A stretch of 64,000 nt of DNA. Origin: Thermoanaerobaculia bacterium. GTDB taxonomy: Bacteria; Acidobacteriota; Thermoanaerobaculia; Multivoradales; Multivoraceae. Of the stretch, positions 40,700 to 50,243 are shown piece by piece. The stretch covers positions 5,952,001 to 6,016,000 of the forward strand of contig OY761158.1 in NCBI GenBank assembly GCA_963664405.1, given 5' to 3'. The notes under the pieces were generated by a model. The model worked only from the letters and a program-made list of their open reading frames with translations. It ran no database searches and was not told the origin of the DNA. The stretch's first letter is position 1; each line of letters starts with the position of its first letter. The translations under genes were made by a program, and so were the position numbers.

Positions 40700-41084
40700 T
40701 AGTCTACGGCCCGGCGCCAGCTTCTGGTTTCGACAGCGGCAGTCGCCGACATCAAGTTCACCCGGCTCTCTGAGAACCGCTTCATTGTCAACCATCGCAA
40801 GCAGTCAATGCTCGGCGCCGAGGCTAAGGCGATGAAGACCCTGTACAGCGAGGGTTGCATCCATCTGCATCGCTGCTGGCTACTCGCACTTCGAACTTGT
40901 GACCCAAGACGTGCAAGAGCGCAGCCATGGCGGCCTGTGGGGTGGTGGCCGCGGTGCCTCTGGCACCGTTGATGTAAAGATGCGCAACGAGGCAGGCGAG
41001 GACCACATCGAGTGTGCCCCGCTGGCCGACCCAAAGAAGGTAGGGGTGGCCAAGAAGAAGCTGGCGAACGGCGAGTTGGGGTGA
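40700..41084 (+). pseudogene. Frameshifted hypothetical protein remnant
   Basis: Protein-like text ADIKFTRLSENRF..ASICIAAGYSHFE..KKKLANGELG spans frames. Confidence 0.35.
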
Positions 41085-41425
41085 TCGCAGCCGTGACCGG
41101 AGTGGCAGGGGGCGCGCCGCGAACTGAGGATTGGGCGCCGGGATAGTGCAGTGTCGCCTTGCGTATCGCTTTGGCCGCCGCCGCCGGCACGACGATCCAA
41201 CCGCGCTTGCCGTCCCGGTCCACGGCCTCTGTGTCCAGAATCACGACGCTCGCCGCGTCCGCCGACTTGTGCCAGGCGAGGGTTAGCCTGATACCCTGGT
41301 TACGCCTCACCGGCCTGGTTACGGGTGTTGCGCCTCACCGGGGGTGGTTGCAGGTTGCCCGAGCCCCTATCTGTCCGCGCGAATCGTCGCTTTGACCGGG
41401 CAGGGGTTCCCACGGCCAGCGAGCA

Positions 41426-41446
41426 TATCTTGATTGATAATTACCT
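41426..41446. promoter_or_regulatory. lox-like half-site plus spacer at the recombinase start
   Basis: tatcttgattgata-attacc-t is identical over 21 bp to the reverse complement of the 45082-45117 site. Confidence 0.7.
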
Positions 41447-41448
41447 TT

Positions 41449-42414
41449 ATGCTTCATACAACACCGACCGAACCCGCCGCCCTCGCCCGACGCCCCGACA
41501 CGGTGGGGCCGCTGGCCGGCGCCACGCCGACCACGCGCCGGCTCGCCGACGCCTCTATCAGCCTCAACACCCGACGGGCCTACCTCGGCGCGCTGCGGCG
41601 CTTGGACGCATGGCGCGGGGCCGCCCCGGTTGACGACGCCTCGCTGGCCGTCTACCTCGGCGAGCTCTTCGAGGCGGGCCGCGCGCCCGCCACCGCCGCC
41701 CTTGCCGTCGCCGCCGTCCGGTTTCGGGCCAAGCTCGCCGGCCAGCCGGACCCCGCCGGGGAAGCGACCGCCCGCGTGTTGGGCGGCTACCGTCGCACGG
41801 CCGCCGACCGGGGCCGGGGCCAGGCCGCCCCGCTGAGCGCGGACGGGCTCGCCGCGATTCTCGCCACCGCCGAACGTCCCCGCACCGACGGCCGGGGCGT
41901 CGAATCCCACACCACGGCGCAACGCCGGGGCCGACTCGACGCCGTGATCGCCTCGCTGTTGTTCATGGGCGGGTTGCGCCGCTCAGAAGTGAGCGCGCTT
42001 GAATGGCGTGACGTGTCGGACGCCCGCGACGGCGACGGCGTGCTTATCACCGTGCGGACCTCGAAAACGAATCAAGAGGGGGACGCCGCCGACGTGCGGT
42101 ATCTCAAAAACGGCGCGGCGAAAGCGATCCGCACCCTTCGCGCCGCCGCCGCCGCCGCCGCACCCACGGATCGGGTGATCGGGTTGTCCCCGCTACAGAT
42201 TCAGAGAAGGTTCACCGCCGCCGCCCGCGCCGCCGGCATCGAGGCGCGCTTGACGGCGCACAGTGGCCGGGTCGGGCTCGCGTCCGAACTGACGGCGCGC
42301 GGCGCGTCGACAACCGAAGTCATGCTGGCCGGCAACTGGAAAACCGCCCGCATGGTCGCTCACTACTCGGCCGGCGCGACCGCCGAACGCGGGGCCGTCC
42401 GAAAGTATCTGTAG
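41449..42414 (+). CDS. Cre-like tyrosine recombinase
   Basis: NTRRAY, GLRRSE (R), SKT (K), AHSGR (HxxR), GNW (Trp as in Cre) and HY (Tyr) motifs. Confidence 0.88.
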   Translation: MLHTTPTEPAALARRPDTVGPLAGATPTTRRLADASISLNTRRAYLGALRRLDAWRGAAPVDDASLAVYLGELFEAGRAPATAALAVAAVRFRAKLAGQPDPAGEATARVLGGYRRTAADRGRGQAAPLSADGLAAILATAERPRTDGRGVESHTTAQRRGRLDAVIASLLFMGGLRRSEVSALEWRDVSDARDGDGVLITVRTSKTNQEGDAADVRYLKNGAAKAIRTLRAAAAAAAPTDRVIGLSPLQIQRRFTAAARAAGIEARLTAHSGRVGLASELTARGASTTEVMLAGNWKTARMVAHYSAGATAERGAVRKYL

Positions 42415-42427
42415 GGAGGGAGTCACG

Positions 42428-42673
42428 ATGTTCGACACGCACACCATCGCCCGCACGTTGACCGACGCGGGTATCGACCCGAAGCACGCCGACGCCATCA
42501 CCGACGCCGTGCGCCAAGCCGCCGAGCATAGCGAACACGTTACGCCAGAGCACCTTGATGCGGCCCTGGCCGCCATTGAAGCTCGCCTGACGTGGCGCTT
42601 CGCTGGCGCGATACTGGCGCAGACCATCGCCATGCTCGGTGGGATGGTCGCCATCCTGCGGTTGCTCGGCTGA
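42428..42673 (+). CDS. DUF1640-like small coiled-coil membrane-anchored protein
   Basis: MFDTHTIARTL..AG....A.AI start; C-terminal hydrophobic helix; RBS ggagg. Confidence 0.7.
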   Translation: MFDTHTIARTLTDAGIDPKHADAITDAVRQAAEHSEHVTPEHLDAALAAIEARLTWRFAGAILAQTIAMLGGMVAILRLLG

Positions 42674-42734
42674 TCCTTGCAGGTCCGGACGGTGTGGTCG
42701 AAGTCAGGTGGCCACGCTCGACTAGACTCTCGCC

Positions 42735-42941
42735 ATGAACATTTCTCAGTTGCCCAAGAATGACCGCGTGACGCTCGTCAAGAAGGACGGGCAACGGTTC
42801 GAGGATCTGTCCGCGTCAGTTCAAACCGGTCTGATATTGACGTACAACCAGGAAATCCCGATTGAGGATGGCGACCAGTTTGAGCGACAACTGCCGAGCG
42901 GGATTGTTGACGTTTACACCGTGGTGGACTCTTGCGAATGA
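42735..42941 (+). CDS. Hypothetical protein, probably truncated
   Basis: 68-aa beta-rich ORF with lower GC that ends abruptly. Confidence 0.4.
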   Translation: MNISQLPKNDRVTLVKKDGQRFEDLSASVQTGLILTYNQEIPIEDGDQFERQLPSGIVDVYTVVDSCE

Positions 42942-43049
42942 AACAGGAGAACCTCATAAAGTTTCAGGTTTCTGGACTGGCACTGGCGATGGCGATGGAG
43001 TGTGGGTGAGAATCGGGATCGATGGCAAGGTGTTGACCCTCCGGGCAGG

Positions 43050-43317
43050 CGGCACGGCTTGCCACTACTCGAGGCGATGGCGTGCGGTGTGCCGGTCATC
43101 ACGTCGAACACGTCGTCCATGCCCGAAGTGGTGGGTGGTGCCGCAATACTCGTCGATCCGCACGACGTCGATGAGATGGCTGCCGCGATCACCAGGGTGT
43201 TGTCCGACGAGGCGCTGCGCGACCGCCATGCGAGGCGAGGGCATCGCCCGCGCTGGACAGTTCTCGTGGAAAACGGCAGCGCGTCAGACGTTGAACGCGT
43301 ACGCGTCTCTCGGCTAG
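43050..43317 (+). pseudogene. GT4 glycosyltransferase C-terminal fragment
   Basis: GLPLLEAMACGVPVITSNTSSMPEVVG, then a frameshift to FSWKTAARQTL. Confidence 0.8.
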
Positions 43318-43392
43318 CGGTGATAGTTGCGTCGTATCGGGAACATCTGAATTTGTGACGGCTGGAACTCTAGGGACGGCACCGACAGCAAA

Positions 43393-43555
43393 ACCACATC
43401 AACACCACATCAACACCACATCACTCAGGAATTAACGCCACGGTCACACCACGGTCACGCCACGGTCTCAGGAGGAAGTAACAGCGGCGGTCGGACGCGA
43501 CGAACAGGGCACGCAAAAGGACATTCAAAACCACATCACTCAGGAATTAACGCCA
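43393..43555. repeat. Phased 11-bp repeats and a 26-bp direct repeat
   Basis: ccacatca at 43394, 43405, 43416; ccacggtc at 43438, 43449, 43460; accacatcactcaggaattaacgcca at 43415 and 43530. Confidence 0.8.
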
Positions 43556-43659
43556 GCAACGTCTCAAGCGGGCTGATCACGGTCATGTCACGCGCCGATT
43601 TTCCTGTTGGTGAACGCTACCCGGCGGGTTCAGTTGGGCAGTTGAAGAGCTGCCAGTTC

Positions 43660-44832
43660 TCAGGGAACGGGCGACGGCTTCTCGACGTATCTCATCTCGG
43701 GATAGTCGTAGTCAGCCGGCAAGGTGAGCCCTTGCTCGGGCATCACGCTCAAGAAGTTGTCGTGTGCGACCTTGATCGCGGTCTCCGGTTGGAGCCTCTC
43801 GAACAGCTCTTCGAATCTTCGGATCTCCTGCTTGTATCCTCCGAACCTACCGACGACGTCGGAGCCGACCATAAAATTGCCCGGGTACTTCTCGATTAGA
43901 GAGGCCCAGCCCTCCAGGTCGCTCAAGACATAGTCGGAGAACACGACCCAAGACAAGTCGATGTAAACGTGGTCCGCGTGCGCTTCCAGAATTGCGGCGA
44001 GAAGATCGGTAAGACCTTCGACCACGATACGCCTGCTGATACCACCATGGCAGAGGATGAATCTGGTATCTGCGAAAACGTTGAAGGTGTTGAGCAACTC
44101 CGGTAGATAGACGGGCTGCTTCGGTTCTCCATTCGGAGAGATCGCGGCAATGTTGTGATGGATGCTCACCGGAATGTCGAACTGCCCCGCAAAATCGAAG
44201 ATCCGGAACAAGGCTGGATGGTTGGCTCTTGGTCTGGTTCCGATGGTGAGGTTCGTGAGGTCATCGTGCCGAGACATGAGCTCTCCGATACCCTGAAATA
44301 GGCCGGGGAACTCCTTCATCCGTTTGACAATCATGTCGACGGCGCCAAGATCCGTAGTATCCACACCGGCAACGAAAGGATGCAGCCGCTCGAGTTGTGC
44401 TCCGGCTTCCCCACCGTGCGACAGCCTGTAGTCCTCAATCGCAAGGGCGACCGTGTAGTCCGTATCGCGCGCGGGGACCACTCTCGAACTGCTGTCGAGA
44501 TAGTAGGCGGGCCGAATCGGGTCGTTTTCCGACCACTTCTTCAGAAATGCCAATCCGCTGACCATGGCGTGCTGGACCCCAGCCCTGTCCATCGCCCAAA
44601 GCAGGGCTTCGATCCGCTTGCCGCGCTGGCCAACAGTAAGCGTGGCCTGCGGAGAGCTTGCCACCAACTCGCCGTTCTCCAGGAAGTCACCGTTCTGCAG
44701 GAAGTCGACCAGATGAACATGGGCGTCGTTGATAGGCAGCTCACGAGCCTCCTGGGGGGCGACGGGACTCCCTGGCACTAGTGCGGCGGCCAAAGCCGCA
44801 ACAGCTACTTCCACCCTTCCTAGTCTTCGCAT
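43660..44832 (-). CDS. Amidohydrolase family protein, secreted
   Basis: DAHVH, GIGE, SIHH, CHGG and GSD metal-binding motifs; signal peptide. Confidence 0.82.
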   Translation of the reverse strand: MRRLGRVEVAVAALAAALVPGSPVAPQEARELPINDAHVHLVDFLQNGDFLENGELVASSPQATLTVGQRGKRIEALLWAMDRAGVQHAMVSGLAFLKKWSENDPIRPAYYLDSSSRVVPARDTDYTVALAIEDYRLSHGGEAGAQLERLHPFVAGVDTTDLGAVDMIVKRMKEFPGLFQGIGELMSRHDDLTNLTIGTRPRANHPALFRIFDFAGQFDIPVSIHHNIAAISPNGEPKQPVYLPELLNTFNVFADTRFILCHGGISRRIVVEGLTDLLAAILEAHADHVYIDLSWVVFSDYVLSDLEGWASLIEKYPGNFMVGSDVVGRFGGYKQEIRRFEELFERLQPETAIKVAHDNFLSVMPEQGLTLPADYDYPEMRYVEKPSPVP

Positions 44833-45081
44833 AGCTTCTTCCGTCCGGGGTTGGTGGGATTCTACCGGGAGAACCGCTCGGGTACGCTAGAATCAATTAG
44901 ACCCTTTCCCAACAGGCAGGTGACCTATGAGGTTCCCGCACCGGGCGCAGGCTTTCCTGCGCTCTGGGCGGGCGGGAAAGATGGAGATCTATCTCGGAAA
45001 CCTACGCGCAGTCGATGACACCTCCGTGCCTCTCGAAGGGGAGATCTAACGCAAGGGCCGGACACGCTACGGAGCGACGAG

Positions 45082-45117
45082 CTATCTTGATTGATAGGTA
45101 ATTATCAATCAAGATAG
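45082..45117. promoter_or_regulatory. Perfect lox-like palindrome
   Basis: CTATCTTGATTGATA-ggtaat-TATCAATCAAGATAG: perfect 15-bp inverted arms around an asymmetric spacer; AT-rich. Confidence 0.8.
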
Positions 45118-45179
45118 GCGGACGTGTCAAGCGGTGATTTTGACTTTTAATAGGCTGGGCTGTCTTATAGGGTATTGCT

Positions 45180-45413
45180 ATGTCTACACCTACAGAACGG
45201 CGATACCGACGTGAGGCGCGCTACTCGAAACAACTGCGCGTGACAGTGGAACCGGCGACGGCGGCGGCACTGGAAGCGGAAGCGGACGCGGCGGGCGTGT
45301 CCGTCTCGGCGGTGATTCGTGACGCGGTTGCGCGCGGGTTGCCGCTGGTAAAAGACGCCCGGCGGAAACAGCGGCAACGCGACCGGCACGCGGCCGGCGC
45401 GGGTGAGGCGTGA
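45180..45413 (+). CDS. CopG/ribbon-helix-helix-like regulator
   Basis: QLRVTV strand followed by AALEAEA..GVSVSAVIRDAV helices. Confidence 0.7.
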   Translation: MSTPTERRYRREARYSKQLRVTVEPATAAALEAEADAAGVSVSAVIRDAVARGLPLVKDARRKQRQRDRHAAGAGEA

Positions 45414-45830
45414 TCGCCTGGACCGACGTGGAAGCGGCGTTACAGGGGCGGCCGGGCTGGCGGCGCGTCGGGCGCGAATATCACGGGCCGTGTCCGGTGT
45501 CCGGCGCGGGCCGTGATTGTTGCTTCGCGTCGGAAGGGCGAGCGGGGGACGTGGCACTCGGGTGCCGGAAGTGCGGCGGGAACGGCGGGAAACTCGATAG
45601 CGAGTCGTTCCTGGCACACCTGGCCGCGCTGGTAGGCGAGACGGCGCGCCACGTGGCCGCACACGCGACGAACGACCGCGCGGCCATAGCAAAAAACCGT
45701 CCGCGCTGCCGGGGCGCGCCTGGCGGGCGTCTGAGCCCGTTGACGGCACACCCGGCGCGCGCTATGTGACGCGGCGCGGCGCGTGGCCGGCCGGTGAACG
45801 GTTCCCCGCGTCGGTGCGCTGGCTGCTTGC
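45410..45830 (+). pseudogene. Primase-type Zn-binding N-terminal fragment
   Basis: GTGA overlap; REYHGPCP..D..GCRKC motif; frame then breaks down. Confidence 0.55.
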
Positions 45831-46130
45831 CTACATCGATCCGGGCCACGCGACGGATACCGAACTCTACTCGTGGGGAGCCGCGCATGGGCCGCTTTGG
45901 GATGCGCTCCGCAAGAAGGGGCAATTGCGGTTGAAAATGCCACCCTGGACCGGACGGCGCGGGTGCTTGAAGCATGGGCGGCGGCGGACCCAGGGACAAG
46001 CGATGAAGGGCTTGACGCCGAGGCAGTAAATCAACGCCATCCGAGCCGCGATGACTCAAAAAGACCGGGAGTTTCTAGCTCGCTACGGTGGCTGGTTTGC
46101 GGATCGAGATGAGGTCGGATGAGAGAGGGT

Positions 46131-46379
46131 CTAAATCCGTGGGTTTTCATGTAACAGGGGACCGCTGTTGGTGCGAGGCAGGCTGCACAGCGCCATCGTT
46201 CGCGCCATAAAGCCTAGATCGGCGTCCGCTTCGCTGGCCGAAACAAGCTGGTTCACCTGGTCGAAGCGGGTGAAGTGGTGTAGCGCCTGGGGCGAGGCAT
46301 CGCGGATCGCCTTCACCGGCCCGTTCAAACCAGATACGACTTCCGCAACGGGAACCAAGCTGCCGCGTTGACGCTGCAT
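46131..46379 (-). pseudogene. Second RepA-family initiator, N-terminal fragment
   Basis: HHFTRFDQVNQLVSASEADADLGFMARTMALCSLPRTN resembles the G[FY]MAR region of IncW-type RepA; truncated. Confidence 0.6.
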
Positions 46380-46452
46380 GCCTTTATTCTCCCATGTTCC
46401 ACTGCTATGTTCGCCGGTTGATCCCGTCTTCGTCACGGCTTCGGAACTCACG

Positions 46453-46719
46453 TCAAGCCGCGTCCTCCCGCTTCCGCGCCAGCGCCAGTTCGTAGGCCGC
46501 CTGAACGCGCATCCAGTGATCCGCATCTCCCCAACCAATGCGCTCCATCGCCAGCGCCAGCCGGGGAGAGATTCCGATATGGCCATTGAGCAGCCGTGAA
46601 AGCGTGTTCCTCGCCATGCCGAGACGCTGGGCGCACTCGGTCACGGTCCAGCCCACATCTTCATCCTCCAGGATGTCTCGGATCATTTCGCCGGGGTGCG
46701 GCGGTGCGTACATAGGCAT
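46453..46719 (-). CDS. higA: HigA-family antitoxin (XRE HTH)
   Basis: PPHPGE, A..LG..R.TLSRLLNG..GISP.LA and W..VQ..Y.L motifs. Confidence 0.9.
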   Translation of the reverse strand: MPMYAPPHPGEMIRDILEDEDVGWTVTECAQRLGMARNTLSRLLNGHIGISPRLALAMERIGWGDADHWMRVQAAYELALARKREDAA

Positions 46720-46730
46720 GGGCTCCCTCC

Positions 46731-47003
46731 TCAGTGGTAGTCGATCAAATCCACGTCCACCGCCTCGCCATCGGCAAAGCGAAAGACGATTCTCCAGTTC
46801 CCCGAGACGCGCACGCTCCAATCGCCGCGCCTGTCTCCCTGCAACCGATGCAGGCGATAGCCGGGCCGGTCCATCTCTGTCGGTGAAAACGCCACGTCCA
46901 AGTCAATCAGGATGCGTCGGATGCGCCGCACATGGGCCGGGTTCAGCCGCCGGGCATTGTCTTGCTCATACAAGCGCTTCAATCCCGCGTGCTTAATCCT
47001 CAT
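46731..47003 (-). CDS. higB: HigB-family RelE-type toxin
   Basis: IKHAGLKRL and PGYRLHRLQGD..WSVRVSGNWRIVFRF..DYH motifs; toxin-first gene order. Confidence 0.9.
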   Translation of the reverse strand: MRIKHAGLKRLYEQDNARRLNPAHVRRIRRILIDLDVAFSPTEMDRPGYRLHRLQGDRRGDWSVRVSGNWRIVFRFADGEAVDVDLIDYH

Positions 47004-47376
47004 TCATAGGCCCGATTGCTCCATGATACATTACAGGGTTCACCTCGGTTACGGTCCATTCCTCCGCGTCATCGCGTCCCGGAGGCTTTCGCCTCCACCG
47101 CGCATCGGTAACGCTTGACGACCCCGACCCTGCGGCTCAGAGGCAATCGGCCCATGCTCCCACGTCCCCCAGACAAGAACCACAAGAGAACCCGCCAACC
47201 CTTCAAGGCTCAGACCAACTTGCCCGCTTCCGATCTGGTCCTTAGCGGGCGCTGGCCGATCTGACGCCCTATGATCGAGGGAGACGTCGCCACCCTGCGA
47301 ACCACCAAGGACCTCTTCCAGATGGAGCTCCACGCCTACACCATCACCCAGTTATTGAAGCGGAATCGTGCGGGGT

Positions 47377-47621
47377 ATGGCCAGAGAAGTGCTGTGGCGA
47401 CAGTTGTTTTGCCGAGGTTGCGGGGTGATGTTTTACATCTGCCGTTCCTGTTATCGGGGGGCAGGTCTACTGCGGGGATGAGTGCCGCCGCCGGATGCGG
47501 CGCAAACAGAGGCGGCGGGCCAACCGCCGCTACCAGCAGGACCCGGAGATTCGGGCCGATCATTGCCAACGCCAGCGGGAATACCGGGAACGGTGCCACT
47601 GGCGACGCTGGGATCTTTGCC
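47377..47621 (+). pseudogene. Third homolog of the IS21-associated Cys-rich ORF, frameshifted and cut by IS256 B
   Basis: MAREVLWRQLFCRGCGVMFYICRSCYRG [extra G in G6 run] QVYCGDEC..ANRRYQQ..H..RQREYRER. Confidence 0.75.
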
Positions 47622-48295
47622 GGCGATGTCCTACTGACTGTTGAAAAGTGACGGTGATCCGTCCCCGATGAGAGATCATCGGGGTGTCATCCAAAACACA
47701 AGGAGGATCACCGTCATGAGTAAGAGTGCCAGAAGGTCGACGAAGAAGAAAGCCGAAGACGAATCCAGCGAAGTTCGGTCTCGAGGTGGGCTGATGGAAG
47801 TCCTGCGAGACTCCCGACTCGCCCTGCGAGAGCTGGTATTGGAAGCGGGCCTTGGAGTGTTCCAGGAGCTGCTTGAGGAGGACCGGGAGCGGCTGTGTGG
47901 CCGTCGCCATGAGCGCTTTGCCGATCGTGAGGCCTACCGTCACGGGCACGACGCAGGGCGGCTGGTGATGGGCGGTCGCCAGGTGCGGATCCGCCGTCCT
48001 CGGGTGCGGAGCAAAGACGGGGTGGAGCTGCGCTTGCCCACGTGGGAGGTGTCAACGGCGCTTAAGAAGCGCGCGATCCCGGCTTTCTGACCGCGTTTCC
48101 TGCTGAGAGTCTCTTCAGCATCATCGTCGCGCGCGAGCGCGCGAGCAGCGTGGCAGGTGGGAGTATGGGGAGACCGGCGGGGGCGACTCCAAGCAAGGTG
48201 ACCGCCCACCGCCGGAAGGCCTGGGGTATGACGCCCCAGAAGAGGGAGTATTCCGCCTGCGGGTGGCGAAGTCCAGGCCGAAGGAGGCCTGGGCC

Positions 48296-48787
48296 GTGCG
48301 CCGCCGTCCCGATTGTCGCCGTTTCGTTTGCGATCGTTGCCGGCAAGCTGTCTACATTTGCTCTTGGTGCGATCGCGGCCATCGTTATTGCACGCCGGAG
48401 TGCCGGGATGAGGCTCGGCGCCACAGCCTTCGCGGGGCCGGGCGTCGCTATCAGCAGACGCCGCGAGGGCGCCGCTTGCATGCTCGTCGTCAGCAGGCCT
48501 ATCGAGATCGCAAGCAGCAAGGCTCAAAGAAAGTGACGCATCACAGTTGCCGCACCGGGGGCTGCCCTGCGACGGTGGCGTCATGGCCCACCGCGCCGCT
48601 TCCGTTGTTTTTGCAAGGCTTGTCCGTTGGAGGTCGGAACGAGGAGCTTCTCTGCAGGCTGTGCCGCCATCCTTGCGAGCCGATTGTCCGCCACGACTTC
48701 TTGCGATCGCGCCGAGTACGCCCGGTGCGCAGGCGGGCGCGGGATGATCTCTCCCGAGCTCGCCGCCGAGATCCGCCGTCTCTATGA
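48296..48787 (+). CDS. Cys/Arg-rich putative Zn-finger protein (IS21 accessory ORF1)
   Basis: CDRC-x6-CSWCDRGHRYC..EC, RYQ..H.RRQ..YR, KVTH, C-terminal CRLC; RBS aaggagg before GTG. Confidence 0.75.
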   Translation: MRRRPDCRRFVCDRCRQAVYICSWCDRGHRYCTPECRDEARRHSLRGAGRRYQQTPRGRRLHARRQQAYRDRKQQGSKKVTHHSCRTGGCPATVASWPTAPLPLFLQGLSVGGRNEELLCRLCRHPCEPIVRHDFLRSRRVRPVRRRARDDLSRARRRDPPSL

Positions 48788-50243
48788 GTCGGAGGGCTGG
48801 CGGCGCAACACGATCGCCCGCCATCTGGGAATCCATCACTCGACGGTCACTCGAGTCCTTCGACGCGAAGGGCTGAGCCGGCCTCGATCGCCGCGACGAG
48901 CGTCCATGGTCGATCGCTTCGTCCCCTTCATCCAGGAAGTCTTTGAGCGCTACCCGGAGCTGCCGGCGAGCGTGCTCTACGAGATGGTCAAGAAGCGTGA
49001 CTATCCCGGTGGGGAGGATCACTTCCGCCACTGCATTGCCGAGCTCGGCCTGCGCCCCCGCAAGGCGCCTGAGGCTTTCTTTGTGCTCCGTACGCTTGCC
49101 GGCGAACAGGCCCAGGTGGACTGGGCTCACTTCGGCACCCGAAAGGTCGATGGCGGAGAGCGCCGTCTCTACGCCTTCGTCATGGTGCTGAGCTACTCGC
49201 GAGCTCTCTTTCTGCACTTCTTCTACGACGCTCGTCTGCCGAGCTTCCTGACCGGGCATGTCCTCGCCTTCTCCTTCTTTGAGGGTCTGGCCAAGATCCA
49301 CCTCTACGACAATCTGCGCAGCGCTGTGCTCGAGCGGCGCCGCAGCGCCATTCGCTTTCATCCACGGCTTCTCGAGCTCGCCGACTTCTACGGCTTTGAT
49401 CCAAGGCCCGTTGCTCCCAGACGAGGAAATGAAAAAGGTCGCGTCGAACGAGCCATTCGTTTTGTCAGAACTTCCTTCTTTCCGCTGCGTCGCACCTGGG
49501 ACAGAGAAGCGCTGAACCGGGACGCTCTGGAGTGGTGTCGCGACCGAGCGATGAAGCGCCCGTGGCCCCAGGACCGGCGTCGCACCGTCGAGCAGGCCTA
49601 TCTCGAGGAGCGCTCTCATCTCGTGAGCCTTCCGGCGCAGCCTTTCCCCTGCCACGAATGGGTCGAGCGGATCACGCGGCGCACTCCTTACCTGAGCTTC
49701 GATGCGAATCGCTACTCGATCCCGCATGATCGCATCGCCCGCTCGCTACAGATCGCCGCAGACCCGGAGCGTGTGCGCATCTTCGATCGCGAGCAGCTCA
49801 TCGCCGAGCACACAAGGTCCTGGGACAAGGGCCAGATCATCGAAGACCCCCGTCACCTAGAAGAGCTGGAACGACAGAAACGCGAGGCACGTACACAGCG
49901 CGGCCAGGACTACCTGCTGCGTACGGTGCCCCAGGCCGAAGAGCTCCTGCGGGAGCTGGCCCGACGGCAGAGACGACTCTCGAGTGCCGTCGCCAGACTC
50001 CTCGAGCTCCTTGCCGAGAGTGGACCCAGGGAGCTTGCAGTGGCGATCGACGAGGCCCTCGAAAAAGGATCCCCGCATCCCGAAGCGGTGCGACTCATCC
50101 TCGATCGTCGGCGCCACGAGCGGGGACTCCTACCCGCGCTGCCTGTCCAGCTCCCCGACGATCCCAGGATCCGGGAGCTCACGGTCACTCCCCATGCACT
50201 GGCCGACTACGACAACCCCAACGACGAGGAGGACGACGAATGA
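48744..50243 (+). CDS. istA: IS21 transposase IstA
   Basis: N-terminal HTH; DDE motifs QAQVDW, YDN and KGRVER. Confidence 0.93.
   Translation: MISPELAAEIRRLYESEGWRRNTIARHLGIHHSTVTRVLRREGLSRPRSPRRASMVDRFVPFIQEVFERYPELPASVLYEMVKKRDYPGGEDHFRHCIAELGLRPRKAPEAFFVLRTLAGEQAQVDWAHFGTRKVDGGERRLYAFVMVLSYSRALFLHFFYDARLPSFLTGHVLAFSFFEGLAKIHLYDNLRSAVLERRRSAIRFHPRLLELADFYGFDPRPVAPRRGNEKGRVERAIRFVRTSFFPLRRTWDREALNRDALEWCRDRAMKRPWPQDRRRTVEQAYLEERSHLVSLPAQPFPCHEWVERITRRTPYLSFDANRYSIPHDRIARSLQIAADPERVRIFDREQLIAEHTRSWDKGQIIEDPRHLEELERQKREARTQRGQDYLLRTVPQAEELLRELARRQRRLSSAVARLLELLAESGPRELAVAIDEALEKGSPHPEAVRLILDRRRHERGLLPALPVQLPDDPRIRELTVTPHALADYDNPNDEEDDE

Noticed and set aside
41280-41345. Short repeats (cgcctcaccgg twice, ctggttacg twice) upstream of the recombinase
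   Set aside because: Too short and too few to separate from chance or assign as arm sites.
47940-49727. Long antisense ORFs (also 30434-32137, 60336-61514, 55731-57050, 10334-11467)
   Set aside because: These are shadow frames of well-supported genes in high-GC DNA and carry no recognisable motifs.
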